A DNA stretch of 64,000 nt from a virus, in the IMG/VR virus record IMGVR_UViG_3300032224_001146, positions 1 to 64,000 of that record. The stretch is one strand, 5' to 3'. This document shows, piece after piece, positions 35,226 to 45,651 of this stretch; position 1 is the stretch's first letter, and each line of letters begins with the position of its first letter. A model generated the notes under the pieces. It was not told the origin of the DNA. It searched no databases and saw only the letters and a list, made by a program, of their open reading frames with translations. Both the position numbers and the translations under genes were made by a program.

Positions 35226-37514
35226 ATGGCTTACAAACAGTATGGAAATGTTCTTAATACCTTAAATATTAAACAAAAAAATATATTTAACTGGAATTTA
35301 AATTATTATGATAAATATGGAAGAATTAATTTTAACTCACAAAGCTCTCACACATATATTACAAGATCTTTATCTGTAGCAACTTCATCTGGAACTTTGC
35401 AGGGATATCTTCCATCCATAAAAAATATTGATTATAATACAGCATCCACAATTTTAAGAAATTCTGGTTTTACACCTTCGCCAACATATATTTATACAAA
35501 CAATACTGCATTTCAAACATATAATGCATTAGGTGGTTATGTTACGACACAGTCACCAGCACCTTCAGCATCTTCTGGACAACTTGTGCAATTTGGTAGT
35601 TCCATTCAAATGGATGTAATTTTATACACATCTGTTCCAATTGTAACTACAACTGTTCCAAATGCTCCATTATGGTCTAACGCAACATCTGGAGATTCTT
35701 CAGTCACTCTAACATTTGTGGCACCAGCAAACGGTGGTTCAGCTATAACTAGATATGAATATTCAATTACAAATGGTGCTACATGGATTTCTGTAGGATT
35801 GCCAACAAATAGTACATTTACTGTTTCAGGACTTGTAAATAATGTTGCATATACTTTTTATATTAGAGCAGTAAACTCAATTGGCAATTCAGCATCAAGT
35901 GCTGGTGTAACTAAATCTCCAACTGCAGGTTCTATTGGTGGAACTGTAACAACTCCAGGTGCTCCTACATTTACAACATCATTCGTTACAAATACATCAT
36001 TTAGAATCACACTCACAGCTCCATCAAATAATGGTGGTGCTGAAATTACAAGATATCAACATTCATTAGATAACGGTTTGACATGGACAAATGATTTTAC
36101 AAATACTGGACCAATTACAGTTTCTGCACTTAACCCAGGACAAACATATCAAGTTTCTTTACGTGCAGTAAACTCAGCTGGTAGTGGTGCGGCAGCAGCA
36201 ACACAATCCTTGACTACAACACAAATCGTTCCAGATCTAGTAGGACTTGCACTTAATACAGCAAAAACAGTTATTACGTCTTCTGGATATGTTTTTGGAA
36301 CTGGAACAGAAAGTGCATCTAATAACCAATATTATTTAGATTATTCTGGTGGACTTGTAAGTGCACAATCTCCAACAGCAGGAGGGTCTTTATCTGGTGG
36401 AGGAACCATTAGACTTGACTACACAGTTTATTTGGCTGCACCTTCATATGGAACAATTCCAAATGTAATTGGACTTAATTATTCTGAAGCTATTACAAGA
36501 ATTCAGCAAGCAGGTTATTCAAATATTACACAAGTTACAACATCTGATATTAACAAAACTTATGGGCAAATTTATGCACAAAACCCAGCAGCAGGAACAG
36601 CATCATTGGTTAACCAGGTAGTTACAATAACCTATTCAAACTATACTGGATCATTAGCCATTCCAACAAATACAGTTGCTCCAAGTGTTACTGGAGATAA
36701 TCTATATGTTGGAGCTAAATTTAATGTTGTTCCAGGAACTTGGACAGATAGTCCAACATCATATAATTATCAATGGGTTGATTCAAATGGAAACAATTTT
36801 ATCAATGCTACGTCATCAAGTTACATCGCTAATTCAACTGCAATTTCTAGATCAATTGGAATAAAGTTAGCAGCAACAAATGCAGCTGGTACATCTTCGT
36901 ATGTAACTTCTTCAAACTTTTTAGGACCAATTAAAATTCTTCAAAAGCCAACAGATATTCAGTACGCAGCAACAAACCCAAGATCAGCTACATCAATATC
37001 AGTTACTTGGTCTGGAGGAGATTCTCCATTTTACTTTGTTGGTATATATAAACCAGGGACATCATCTTACGTATCAACCAAAATTGTAACAACTCAATCA
37101 ACAACATTTACTGGTTTAACTGCAGCAAATAATTATTATATTCAGATATTTGGAAACAATAATAATGAATATACAGCTGATTCATATACAAGTGCAGTTT
37201 TATCAACAACATTTTCTGCACAGCCTTTTATTCCAGTTTTAAATACAGCAGCTAAATCTGGAAATAATATTAATTTTACTGCAACTCGTGGAGCAAATAA
37301 TGCAAAAGTTAGAGTTCAATTAGAAAATACAGGCGGCGGATTAGTTGCTGGTACAACCTACCAAGATTTTGGTTTAGATTTAACACAATCATCAATATCA
37401 AGTTCATTTAATATTAATGGTATTTCTTCTGGATCTTATAAGATAGTTGCATATGGATACAATGAAGATTATGGAATATCTGCATCTGGCTCTTCCTTGG
37501 ATATTACGATATAA
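35226..37514 (+). CDS. PASTA + fibronectin type III multidomain protein
   Basis: VPDLVGL..A......G...V.AQSP.AG and IPNVIGL..A...QNPAAG (PASTA); APANGGSAITRYEYS...YIRAVNSIG (FN3). Confidence 0.8.
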   Translation: MAYKQYGNVLNTLNIKQKNIFNWNLNYYDKYGRINFNSQSSHTYITRSLSVATSSGTLQGYLPSIKNIDYNTASTILRNSGFTPSPTYIYTNNTAFQTYNALGGYVTTQSPAPSASSGQLVQFGSSIQMDVILYTSVPIVTTTVPNAPLWSNATSGDSSVTLTFVAPANGGSAITRYEYSITNGATWISVGLPTNSTFTVSGLVNNVAYTFYIRAVNSIGNSASSAGVTKSPTAGSIGGTVTTPGAPTFTTSFVTNTSFRITLTAPSNNGGAEITRYQHSLDNGLTWTNDFTNTGPITVSALNPGQTYQVSLRAVNSAGSGAAAATQSLTTTQIVPDLVGLALNTAKTVITSSGYVFGTGTESASNNQYYLDYSGGLVSAQSPTAGGSLSGGGTIRLDYTVYLAAPSYGTIPNVIGLNYSEAITRIQQAGYSNITQVTTSDINKTYGQIYAQNPAAGTASLVNQVVTITYSNYTGSLAIPTNTVAPSVTGDNLYVGAKFNVVPGTWTDSPTSYNYQWVDSNGNNFINATSSSYIANSTAISRSIGIKLAATNAAGTSSYVTSSNFLGPIKILQKPTDIQYAATNPRSATSISVTWSGGDSPFYFVGIYKPGTSSYVSTKIVTTQSTTFTGLTAANNYYIQIFGNNNNEYTADSYTSAVLSTTFSAQPFIPVLNTAAKSGNNINFTATRGANNAKVRVQLENTGGGLVAGTTYQDFGLDLTQSSISSSFNINGISSGSYKIVAYGYNEDYGISASGSSLDITI

Positions 37515-37523
37515 TGGAGAGAT

Positions 37524-39272
37524 ATGTCCTATTATCTTGATGTAATAAAAGACAATCCCATGGTATTTTTGCCATTGGATGAATCTACATTTACATCTGC
37601 AAATGATATATCAGGCTGTGGAAATCATGGAACATATAATGGATCATTTTCAAATAAAATTATGCCATTAATTTATGGTGGATCTAATTCAACCAGGATT
37701 GCATCAGATGCATATATTCAATATTCAATAGCAAAAGACTATGCTGCAAATACAAGTTTAGGCGGGCTTGCAGTAAAACAATATACAGACAATGATTTTT
37801 CTTTAGAAGTCTGGTTTAAGCCAAACATAACCTCATCAACATTAACCCCAATTCTTGCTGACTCAACAAATCAAATAGGAATATTTTATCAACAAGGAAT
37901 AATTTTATTTAAACTACAGTCCGAGTCTTTGTCCTATAAACTTTCTTTTTCTAAAAAAACTATGCATATTGTAGCTAAGTATTCTGTTAATTCAATGGAA
38001 CTGTATATTGATGGAATGCTGGTTAAATCAAAACCCCTTGTAGGATTTAAACTTACAAATACTTCTGTTTTATTTAAGTCTGGACCAGCAACTGGAACAG
38101 ACACATTCTTAATTGATGCTCCAGCAATATATAGATATGGATTAAATAAAAATAAAATTAAACTTCATTATAGCTCTGGGTTAAAACACATTAATCCAAT
38201 TCAAGTTGTTGCACCAGATAAAGGTGTGCTTGTTCCATTAACTGGACAAACTCTTTCACCAATTTTTAAATATGAATATGATTCAGAAAAAAAATGGAAA
38301 TCAATTGTAAATGAAACCGTATACTATGATTCTTCAAACAACTTTATTTCTTTCCCACAAACAGTAGAGTCTCAAACAGCAACATTTACAGGCTACGATA
38401 TTATAACTATTCCTAATTCAATTGATGTATCTTCTTCAAAAGTTGAATGGCGGGGAGACAATGGCATATCAGTATTTACAAGTACCGATGGCACAAACTA
38501 TCAACAATGTGTTAATGGATCATTTATTCCTCAATTTAATAAAGAACAATCAATTACAATATCTCCATTGTATATAAAGATTGTCATGACAAGCACAAAT
38601 ACATCTATAGATCTTCCTAGACTTTCTTCATTAAATTTTTATTTCTATTCAAATAAAAAGCTTTACGCACAGAATTTTGGATACTATGCAGATTCAAATA
38701 AAGAATATGACATATCTTTATTTAATTACCCAGTTCTTTTAAGGCATCCAAATGTAGGAATTAAAACGGTAGGAACTGGCGGGTTTGATATTGCAGTAGA
38801 TCAAGAAATCAAATCAATAGAGTTTATGTTTACTCCATCAACCCTAGACAACAATATTCTATTTTATTCTCCAACAACTGGATCATACCCAGAGACTAAG
38901 TTTGGCTGGAATGGGACGGGAACGTTAAAGACAAATATATCCAAGGTATACCTAAATGGTCAGGATGTAACATCTGCTAACTTTAAAAATCAATTAGTAG
39001 CTGGAGAACCACATTACATAACCCTAGTCTTCTCCTCTGTTATTAAGTCAGTCTTTCAATTTAACTACTTATCTTCATCTAATTATGGACCATCATGCAA
39101 CTACCATAATATAGGACTATATTTAACAGAATTAGTTGCATCCAAGGTCTTAGAACACTACAATCTTTATGTCGGAAGACCATCTACTATTGCTCAAAAT
39201 TCTTCATTTACCTTGACAGAATCCTCAGTTAAGTACTATAATAATGAATGGATAGTTGTATCTAACAACTAA
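37524..39272 (+). CDS. LamG-domain virion protein
   Basis: SYYLDVIKDNP..PLDE, FSLEVWFK, HIVAKY...LYIDG, IDAPAIY. Confidence 0.75.
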   Translation: MSYYLDVIKDNPMVFLPLDESTFTSANDISGCGNHGTYNGSFSNKIMPLIYGGSNSTRIASDAYIQYSIAKDYAANTSLGGLAVKQYTDNDFSLEVWFKPNITSSTLTPILADSTNQIGIFYQQGIILFKLQSESLSYKLSFSKKTMHIVAKYSVNSMELYIDGMLVKSKPLVGFKLTNTSVLFKSGPATGTDTFLIDAPAIYRYGLNKNKIKLHYSSGLKHINPIQVVAPDKGVLVPLTGQTLSPIFKYEYDSEKKWKSIVNETVYYDSSNNFISFPQTVESQTATFTGYDIITIPNSIDVSSSKVEWRGDNGISVFTSTDGTNYQQCVNGSFIPQFNKEQSITISPLYIKIVMTSTNTSIDLPRLSSLNFYFYSNKKLYAQNFGYYADSNKEYDISLFNYPVLLRHPNVGIKTVGTGGFDIAVDQEIKSIEFMFTPSTLDNNILFYSPTTGSYPETKFGWNGTGTLKTNISKVYLNGQDVTSANFKNQLVAGEPHYITLVFSSVIKSVFQFNYLSSSNYGPSCNYHNIGLYLTELVASKVLEHYNLYVGRPSTIAQNSSFTLTESSVKYYNNEWIVVSNN

Positions 39273-39332
39273 CTTTGTCATCTAGGCTGACAAAATGTGG
39301 CCTTATGTGCCTAGAAATGGTAAAATAAAACA

Positions 39333-39668
39333 ATGGATATTAAAAGAACCAACTCCCAGTTTATTGAAGAAACAACCCTAGGGCTATATGTTTGGGAAAT
39401 GCCAGACGGACGCTGGGTGGGAGATGATGATGGTAACTTTATGACTATCCAAGCTTTTAAAGGTGATAAAGTAAAAATGGATATGCTTGCAAGAGCAGTT
39501 CGTGGATACGGCATTGATGAGGGTCAGCCTACATTTTTGTCGGGACGAAGAAAAGTTACAGACGAAGAATTTGAAGAACAGCAGACAAGATTAAAGTGGG
39601 GCCTAGTACCAGATAAATATGATATGGGTGTCTATAAAGAAGATAAGGCGAAGGGTTTGATTGTATGA
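39333..39668 (+). CDS. conserved hypothetical protein upstream of portal, leaderless
   Basis: ORF track; TGG-TAAAAT 6 nt before ATG. Confidence 0.7.
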   Translation: MDIKRTNSQFIEETTLGLYVWEMPDGRWVGDDDGNFMTIQAFKGDKVKMDMLARAVRGYGIDEGQPTFLSGRRKVTDEEFEEQQTRLKWGLVPDKYDMGVYKEDKAKGLIV

Positions 39669-41260
39669 CAAAAGTTGTTTATGAAGAGGATAGCGAGATC
39701 ATTGATAATGATGTTCGTGTAAGCACATATGCTGACATGGTTAGATTTAGCAAAGCTCAAGAACAAACAACAACAGATGCCTTTGCAGTTGATGCAGAAG
39801 AGCTAAAGAAATTCTCAGGCATGTCTCCAGCATTTAGAAGAAAGCTTGGAAGAGAATTATCAAAAGCTTTTGTAGGACAAGATGGATCACAAACACAACA
39901 AAGCCTTCTTGCTCAGGCGATCACTGGATATGCACTATTAGATGTAATTGAGCCAACATACAATATGGAATATCTCTCAAGACTTTATGAAATTTCAACA
40001 TATAACTATTCTGCTTGTAATGCTAAGACATCAAATATTGTTGGCCTTGGACATTCATTTATGGAAACAAGAAAAACTAACGACGCAATTGATGGAATTA
40101 CAGATGAAAAGCAATTAGATCGTGCTCGTAGAAAATTAACAAAATTAAAACAAGACTTAGATGATTGGTTGGAATCTTGCAATGATGAAGATACTTTTAC
40201 AGAGACTCTTATTAAAGTATGGACAGACTATGAAGCTACTGGTAACGGGTACCTCGAAGTCGGTAGAACGGTTCGTGGAGACATCGGATACTTAGGACAT
40301 ATCCCATCAAAGACAATGCGTGTACGCCGCCTTAGAGACGGTTTTATACAGCTTCTTTATGGCAAGATTGTATACTTTAGAAATTATGGAGATCAAGAAA
40401 CTCCTAATCCAGTACTGGGTGGAAATGACAGACCAAACGAAATTATCCATCTTAAGAAGTACACACCAGTAAATCAGTATTATGGTGTCCCAGATATTAT
40501 TGCAGCACAAAATGCTTTGGCTGGAAATGAATTTGCGGCTAAATATAACTTAGATTATTTTGAAAATAAGGCGGTCCCAAGATATATTATTACAGCAAAG
40601 GGAGCAAAGCTTTCTCCAGAGTCAGAGCGTAAATTGCTTGAATTTTTCCAGGTTGGATTAAAGGGTAAGAACCATCGTTCACTTTATATTCCACTTCCAG
40701 CAGATACCCCAGAGTCTAAGGTTGAATTTAAGATGGAGCCTATTGAGGCAGGGGTTCAGGAAGGCTCATTTGATAAATATCGCAAATCAAATAGAGATGA
40801 AATCCTCCTTGCTCACCGTGTCCCAATTAATAAAATTGGAACTCCAGAAGGTGTAAACCTAGCAGTTGCTCGTGATGCGGATAAGACATTTAAAGAGCAG
40901 GTTTGCCGTCCATCACAGATGAGATTAGAAAAGAAACTAAATAGAATTATTGAAGAAAAGACAGATGCCCTAGTTATTAAGTTTAATGAATTGAGCTTAA
41001 CAGATGAAGATACTCAGTCTAAAATTGATGAAAGATACTTGCGTATGCAGGTTATTGTTCCTAATGAAGTTCGTATTCGCAAGGGTATGATTCCTATTGA
41101 AGGTGGAGACAAAGTAGTTCAACTTAAGCCAGATCAAGCAGCCGAACAAACTGCACAAGCTGGAAATACAAGACAAAGAACCCAACAAAGAGATGCTAAT
41201 TCCCCAGACAAATCTGGAGAAGGTAGAAATGCTCAGGGTGACGGAAGACAAACTCCGTAA
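39665..41260 (+). CDS. portal protein
   Basis: DYEATGNGYLEV, EIIHLK, YYGVPDI, YFENKAVP, ILLAHRVP, PNEVR. Confidence 0.9.
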   Translation: MTKVVYEEDSEIIDNDVRVSTYADMVRFSKAQEQTTTDAFAVDAEELKKFSGMSPAFRRKLGRELSKAFVGQDGSQTQQSLLAQAITGYALLDVIEPTYNMEYLSRLYEISTYNYSACNAKTSNIVGLGHSFMETRKTNDAIDGITDEKQLDRARRKLTKLKQDLDDWLESCNDEDTFTETLIKVWTDYEATGNGYLEVGRTVRGDIGYLGHIPSKTMRVRRLRDGFIQLLYGKIVYFRNYGDQETPNPVLGGNDRPNEIIHLKKYTPVNQYYGVPDIIAAQNALAGNEFAAKYNLDYFENKAVPRYIITAKGAKLSPESERKLLEFFQVGLKGKNHRSLYIPLPADTPESKVEFKMEPIEAGVQEGSFDKYRKSNRDEILLAHRVPINKIGTPEGVNLAVARDADKTFKEQVCRPSQMRLEKKLNRIIEEKTDALVIKFNELSLTDEDTQSKIDERYLRMQVIVPNEVRIRKGMIPIEGGDKVVQLKPDQAAEQTAQAGNTRQRTQQRDANSPDKSGEGRNAQGDGRQTP

Positions 41261-41278
41261 TTTTTAGTCAATTGATAT

Positions 41279-41307
41279 TTGCCTTTTTAAGCACACGTTG
41301 ATAAACT
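41279..41307 (+). promoter_or_regulatory. sigmaA-type promoter for protease/capsid operon
   Basis: TTGCCT-N17-TAAACT. Confidence 0.6.
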
Positions 41308-41316
41308 TTATACAGT

Positions 41317-42639
41317 ATGAATATTGAAAAAGCACATTGGTCAAGTAATGGTAACCGCCTGTCAATTGCGGTCCCATTTTCAAAGGTCAATAAAGAGAAT
41401 AGAACAGTCTCAGGCTTTGCTACATTAAACAATGTAGACCAGACTGGAGATGTTGTCACGGCTGAAGCAAGCCTAAAGGCATTTGATAATTTCCGTGGAA
41501 ACATTCGTGAAATGCATCAATCAATTGCGGTAGGCAAGATGCTTTCATTTAAGTCAGAGACATTCTTTGATCCAATCTCAAAATCATTTTATGATGGAGT
41601 TTGGGTAAGTGCATATATTTCTAAAGGTGCACAAGACACTTGGGAAAAAGTTCTTGACGGCACTCTTTCAGGTTTTTCAATTGGCGGAAGAATTAATGAT
41701 GTTGATAATGAAGTTAATAAGTCAAGTGGTGAAACAGTAAGATTCATCAAGGACTACGATCTTATTGAATTGTCACTTGTTGATTCACCAGCAAATGAAC
41801 TTTGCAATGTTCTTTCAATTGAAAAAGTAAACGGATCACTTGTTTACAAAGGATTAGCTGCAGAGACTTTAGCAGCAAATGTTTTTTTCTGCCAAGCAGA
41901 TAACATTGTAGTTTCTGAAATGTCAGCAACTCGCAACTGTTCTGTTTGCGGAACAAATATGGAAATCATTGGTTGGGTGGAAAACAATGATATTAATAAG
42001 GCGGATACAGTTAGATATGTTTATGAAAAATATATCAATAAGTTTTCTAGTTCTGCACAAGAACCAGAAAGTAACACCGAAGTAAAGGGAGGTACAATCG
42101 TGTCAGAAGCAACAGTAGAAGACACCACTGTCGAAGCTCCTGCAACAGAAGCACCAGTTACTGAAGAAGTAGCTGCACCAGCAGAAGATGCAGCACCAGC
42201 AGAAGCAGTTGTAGAAGAAGCAGCACCAGCTGCAGAAGCAGATGCCGCCAATACCGAAGATGCACCAGCAGCAGATGCAGTAGCTGAGGAATCAGAAATT
42301 GCAAAGGCAATGGGAGATCTTAAGGGCTTCTTGTCAGATACACTTAGTAAGGCAGCAGAGACAAACGCAGCACAGGTTGCAGAAGTTAAGTCAACTGTAG
42401 AGTCCTTTATCAAAGGTGTAGAGACAAAAGTTTCAGAATTGGCAGAACAGTACAACACACTCAGCGAAACCGTTAAAGGAATCACTGAAGGAATTGGCTC
42501 AGTTGAAAAGCGAGTCAACGCAGTTGAAACAGATACTGCAGTAAAGAAGTCTGCTGACCTTGGCGGGTCAACAGAGTTTGTAAAGAAATCAAAATGGTCA
42601 GGAGCTTTCCTCGGTTCCGTGAACGATATTTTAAACTAA
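41317..42639 (+). CDS. prohead protease with C-terminal scaffold
   Basis: RTVSGFAT..VDQTGD, REMH, GFSIGG, ELSLVDSPAN; Ala/Glu/Pro linker and coiled coil. Confidence 0.88.
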   Translation: MNIEKAHWSSNGNRLSIAVPFSKVNKENRTVSGFATLNNVDQTGDVVTAEASLKAFDNFRGNIREMHQSIAVGKMLSFKSETFFDPISKSFYDGVWVSAYISKGAQDTWEKVLDGTLSGFSIGGRINDVDNEVNKSSGETVRFIKDYDLIELSLVDSPANELCNVLSIEKVNGSLVYKGLAAETLAANVFFCQADNIVVSEMSATRNCSVCGTNMEIIGWVENNDINKADTVRYVYEKYINKFSSSAQEPESNTEVKGGTIVSEATVEDTTVEAPATEAPVTEEVAAPAEDAAPAEAVVEEAAPAAEADAANTEDAPAADAVAEESEIAKAMGDLKGFLSDTLSKAAETNAAQVAEVKSTVESFIKGVETKVSELAEQYNTLSETVKGITEGIGSVEKRVNAVETDTAVKKSADLGGSTEFVKKSKWSGAFLGSVNDILN

Positions 42640-42659
42640 AAAAGGCAGGTGAAAAAAAT

Positions 42660-43709
42660 ATGAGTAACGAATTATTAGAAAAGGCAGTAGCAGCTAATAC
42701 AACAGCAACTACTAGCATGAACGGCCAGAGCCTTTCAGGTTCAGGTATCCACGTCGGAGCTACCCAAACAGGTGGTCTCCTAAATCCAGAGCAGTCAGCA
42801 CGATTCCTCGACTACGTATTTGATGCTACCGTTATCGGTAAGGTCGCACGTACAGTAAGAATGAAGGCAGATACAACTGAGATTGATCGCATCGGAGTTG
42901 GCGAGAAGCTAATGAAGGTTGCGTCAGAAGCAGAAGACACAGGTTCAAACGCTGGTGTCACATTCTCAAAGATCAACTTGACAACTAAGAAGCTTCGTCT
43001 TGACTGGGAACTCTCAACAGAGTCTCTAGAAGACAACATCGAAGGTCCAGATCTAGAAGATCACATTGCACGTCTAATGGCAACACAAGCTGGAAATGAC
43101 ATTGAAGATGTAGTCCTTAATGGAGATACATCACTTTCATCAGATAACCTATACAAGGCATTTGATGGTGTTGTTAAGAAGGCTAAGGCTAACGGACACG
43201 TAGTTGATGCAGCAGGAGCAGCAGTTTCTCGTGCAGTATTTAACTCAGCACTTAAGGCACTTCCACGTAAGTACAAGCAACGTCGTACAGACCTTCGCTT
43301 CCTTTCAGGATCAAACCTTATCCAGGACTTCCTATATAGCCAGTCTATCTCAACCAACTTTGCAAACCCACAAGATATCGCATCAAGCGTTATTCGTGGT
43401 GAAGTTGCACCACTTGGTGGACCAGCAGGTTATGTAGCACCATACGCATTTGGTATTCCAATTGTTGAAGTTCCACTACTTAATGAAATCCAAGCTGGAG
43501 ATTATTCAGGACACACAGGTTCACATGGTGACATCCACCTTTCATTCCCAAATAACGTTGTTATTGGAATTAAGCGTGATGTAACTGTATACCGTTTCTT
43601 CTGGCCACGTAAGGACTCAGTTGAGTACACACTTTACACAAGAGTTGGCGTTCAAATTGAACAAGCTGATGCTTGGGTAGTTGTAAAGAACGTTAAGGTA
43701 GCTTCCTAA
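42660..43709 (+). CDS. major capsid protein (HK97 fold)
   Basis: GGLLNPEQSARF, ELSTESLEDNIEG, NGDT, ALKALPRKY; biased codon usage; position after scaffold. Confidence 0.9.
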   Translation: MSNELLEKAVAANTTATTSMNGQSLSGSGIHVGATQTGGLLNPEQSARFLDYVFDATVIGKVARTVRMKADTTEIDRIGVGEKLMKVASEAEDTGSNAGVTFSKINLTTKKLRLDWELSTESLEDNIEGPDLEDHIARLMATQAGNDIEDVVLNGDTSLSSDNLYKAFDGVVKKAKANGHVVDAAGAAVSRAVFNSALKALPRKYKQRRTDLRFLSGSNLIQDFLYSQSISTNFANPQDIASSVIRGEVAPLGGPAGYVAPYAFGIPIVEVPLLNEIQAGDYSGHTGSHGDIHLSFPNNVVIGIKRDVTVYRFFWPRKDSVEYTLYTRVGVQIEQADAWVVVKNVKVAS

Positions 43710-43727
43710 TTTAGGAAATATACTATT

Positions 43728-43768
43728 GTAAAGGCCCTCAAATTAATTTTTGAGGGTCTTTACCTTTT
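43728..43768 (+). terminator. intrinsic terminator after capsid gene
   Basis: GTAAAGGCCCTCAA...TTGAGGGTCTTTAC-CTTTT. Confidence 0.75.
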
Positions 43769-43809
43769 AAGCTCATAATGCTATAATTGAACAGAACAAA
43801 GGAGATTAT

Positions 43810-44217
43810 ATGTCATTTTCAACAATGAAAATTGCAGAACTCAAGCAAATCGCAGAAGACTTCGCAGTTGACCTACCTAATTCAAAAAGCAAAGCAGAAA
43901 TTATCGCAGCCTTCGCAGAAGAAGGCGTAACATGGGATATTTACCAAAAAACATTAAAGAATCTAGAAGAAGATTCAATTGAGTCAGACGAAGCTGTAGA
44001 GATCCTACCTAAGTTTGATCCAAAGGCGGCAACACCAGAAGATACAACTCTAGTTAGAATGACCAGAGCAAACTTCAGATATGATATTCTTGGATTTACC
44101 TTTACAAAGGAACATCCATTTGTAGCAATGCCATCAGAAAAAGCAGAAGAACTTTTCAGAATTGAAGAGGGATTCCGTATGGCTACAGCTACTGAAGTAA
44201 AAGATTTTTACAACTAA
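43810..44217 (+). CDS. protein with N-terminal HeH/Rho-N-like motif
   Basis: MKIAELKQIAEDFAVDL...KAEII. Confidence 0.6.
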   Translation: MSFSTMKIAELKQIAEDFAVDLPNSKSKAEIIAAFAEEGVTWDIYQKTLKNLEEDSIESDEAVEILPKFDPKAATPEDTTLVRMTRANFRYDILGFTFTKEHPFVAMPSEKAEELFRIEEGFRMATATEVKDFYN

Positions 44218-44230
44218 AAGGAAAAATTAA

Positions 44231-45223
44231 ATGGCAGAGTTATATGTAAATAGTAATGGAGTTTTGCGTCAAAAAATTTACTGGGCTGGAAAGCCTGTGG
44301 ATACTGACAATAACGTATCTGTTGCTGTTTACGATGTAACTGAAGACCCAGCCATTATTCCAGCACTTTCTCCAACAACATTGTTGGGAACATATACAGC
44401 ATCTAATTTAGAAACAGATAATGGAAACTACGAACTAGTTCTTCCATTCAATCTAACTTCTAGAAATAGAAAATTAAAGTTAATTTGGTCTTATGCTGTA
44501 AATGGAGAGGCTGGACAACAAACAACATTTGCTGATGTTGTAACTCCTTATGTTAATATTTCAGAAGCAATTGATGCTTTAAATTTTGGAGTTGATCCTT
44601 CAGATCCAGAATATAAGTCTTATGAAGAGCTTATGCGAGCAGAAGCATATGCAAGAAAGCTTATTGAAAATTATACATTTGATCAATTCTATCTTTATGA
44701 TGATGTACAAATTGTTTATGGGGCTGGAGATGACTCCATTGCCACCCTTTATAAGGTAAATCAAATTCATGAACTTTATGCAAATGATATTTTATTATTA
44801 GATAATCCAAACAATGTTAATAATATAGGGTATGATATTGTTCCAGCTTCAACTGGTTATGGAATTAAGATTGATAGAGGTTCATCTATTGTAAGAGATA
44901 ATACTGTGTATCTTGCCAATGGAATGGTTTCTCCTACAGTATATGATATGGGATTCCAAGGTTTCTTTCAAAAAGGTGTGGCTTACAGAATACAAGGAAG
45001 ATTTGGTTGGGATTATATTCCAGACGAAGTCAGCCTTGCAGCAATTGAATTAATGAAAGACTTTTTTAACAAAGATACTCAATGGAAGCACAAATACGTA
45101 AAGAATATTCAGACATTTGACTGGAATTTTGAGTATGACCCACAAGTTTATAGTGGAACAGGAAACTTTTATGCTGACAGCGTTCTTTCAAATTATGTTG
45201 TCAAGCAAATGTTGGTGATCTAA
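44231..45223 (+). CDS. head-tail adaptor (connector) protein
   Basis: ARKLIENYT, GRFGWDYIPDEVSLAAIELM; position. Confidence 0.7.
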   Translation: MAELYVNSNGVLRQKIYWAGKPVDTDNNVSVAVYDVTEDPAIIPALSPTTLLGTYTASNLETDNGNYELVLPFNLTSRNRKLKLIWSYAVNGEAGQQTTFADVVTPYVNISEAIDALNFGVDPSDPEYKSYEELMRAEAYARKLIENYTFDQFYLYDDVQIVYGAGDDSIATLYKVNQIHELYANDILLLDNPNNVNNIGYDIVPASTGYGIKIDRGSSIVRDNTVYLANGMVSPTVYDMGFQGFFQKGVAYRIQGRFGWDYIPDEVSLAAIELMKDFFNKDTQWKHKYVKNIQTFDWNFEYDPQVYSGTGNFYADSVLSNYVVKQMLVI

Positions 45224-45651
45224 TGTTAACAGATTTGGTAGGAACAATCCTGTCAATGAAAGTTGACATCTATGTACAGCAAGATTCTCAAGATTCAGAT
45301 ACTGGTGCATTAAAAAAGAATTGGGTTTTAGACAGAACTGTTCAGTGTTTTGCAAAAGGAAATATTTCAAATTCTTCTACAGGGCGTGGTTCTGACAGAC
45401 AAAAATATGGCACACGTTATAGAGATGTAGAATCAATTTCAGTAAGAGTGGGAGAATTTATTTCTCACAGAGAAAAGCTTGTAAATATTAGAAGTCAAAA
45501 AGATGAGACACTTTGGTTTGAATTAAATTATCCAACTAGCACACCAACTGTTTTTGAAGTTGTTGGCAATACACCAATTATGGATCCATTTGGTTCAGTA
45601 CTTGGATACAATTTAATGTGTGCAAGATCGGAAAACCAAACAATTGATTAA
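45223..45651 (+). CDS. head closure/stopper protein
   Basis: position; VDIY.Q..Q..DTG..K.W pattern. Confidence 0.6.
   Translation: MLTDLVGTILSMKVDIYVQQDSQDSDTGALKKNWVLDRTVQCFAKGNISNSSTGRGSDRQKYGTRYRDVESISVRVGEFISHREKLVNIRSQKDETLWFELNYPTSTPTVFEVVGNTPIMDPFGSVLGYNLMCARSENQTID

Noticed and set aside
42021-43437. Long antisense or alternate-frame ORFs over scaffold and capsid (similar ones over nrdJ and TMP)
   Set aside because: Expected shadows of biased codon usage in highly expressed genes; no RBS or recognisable motifs.
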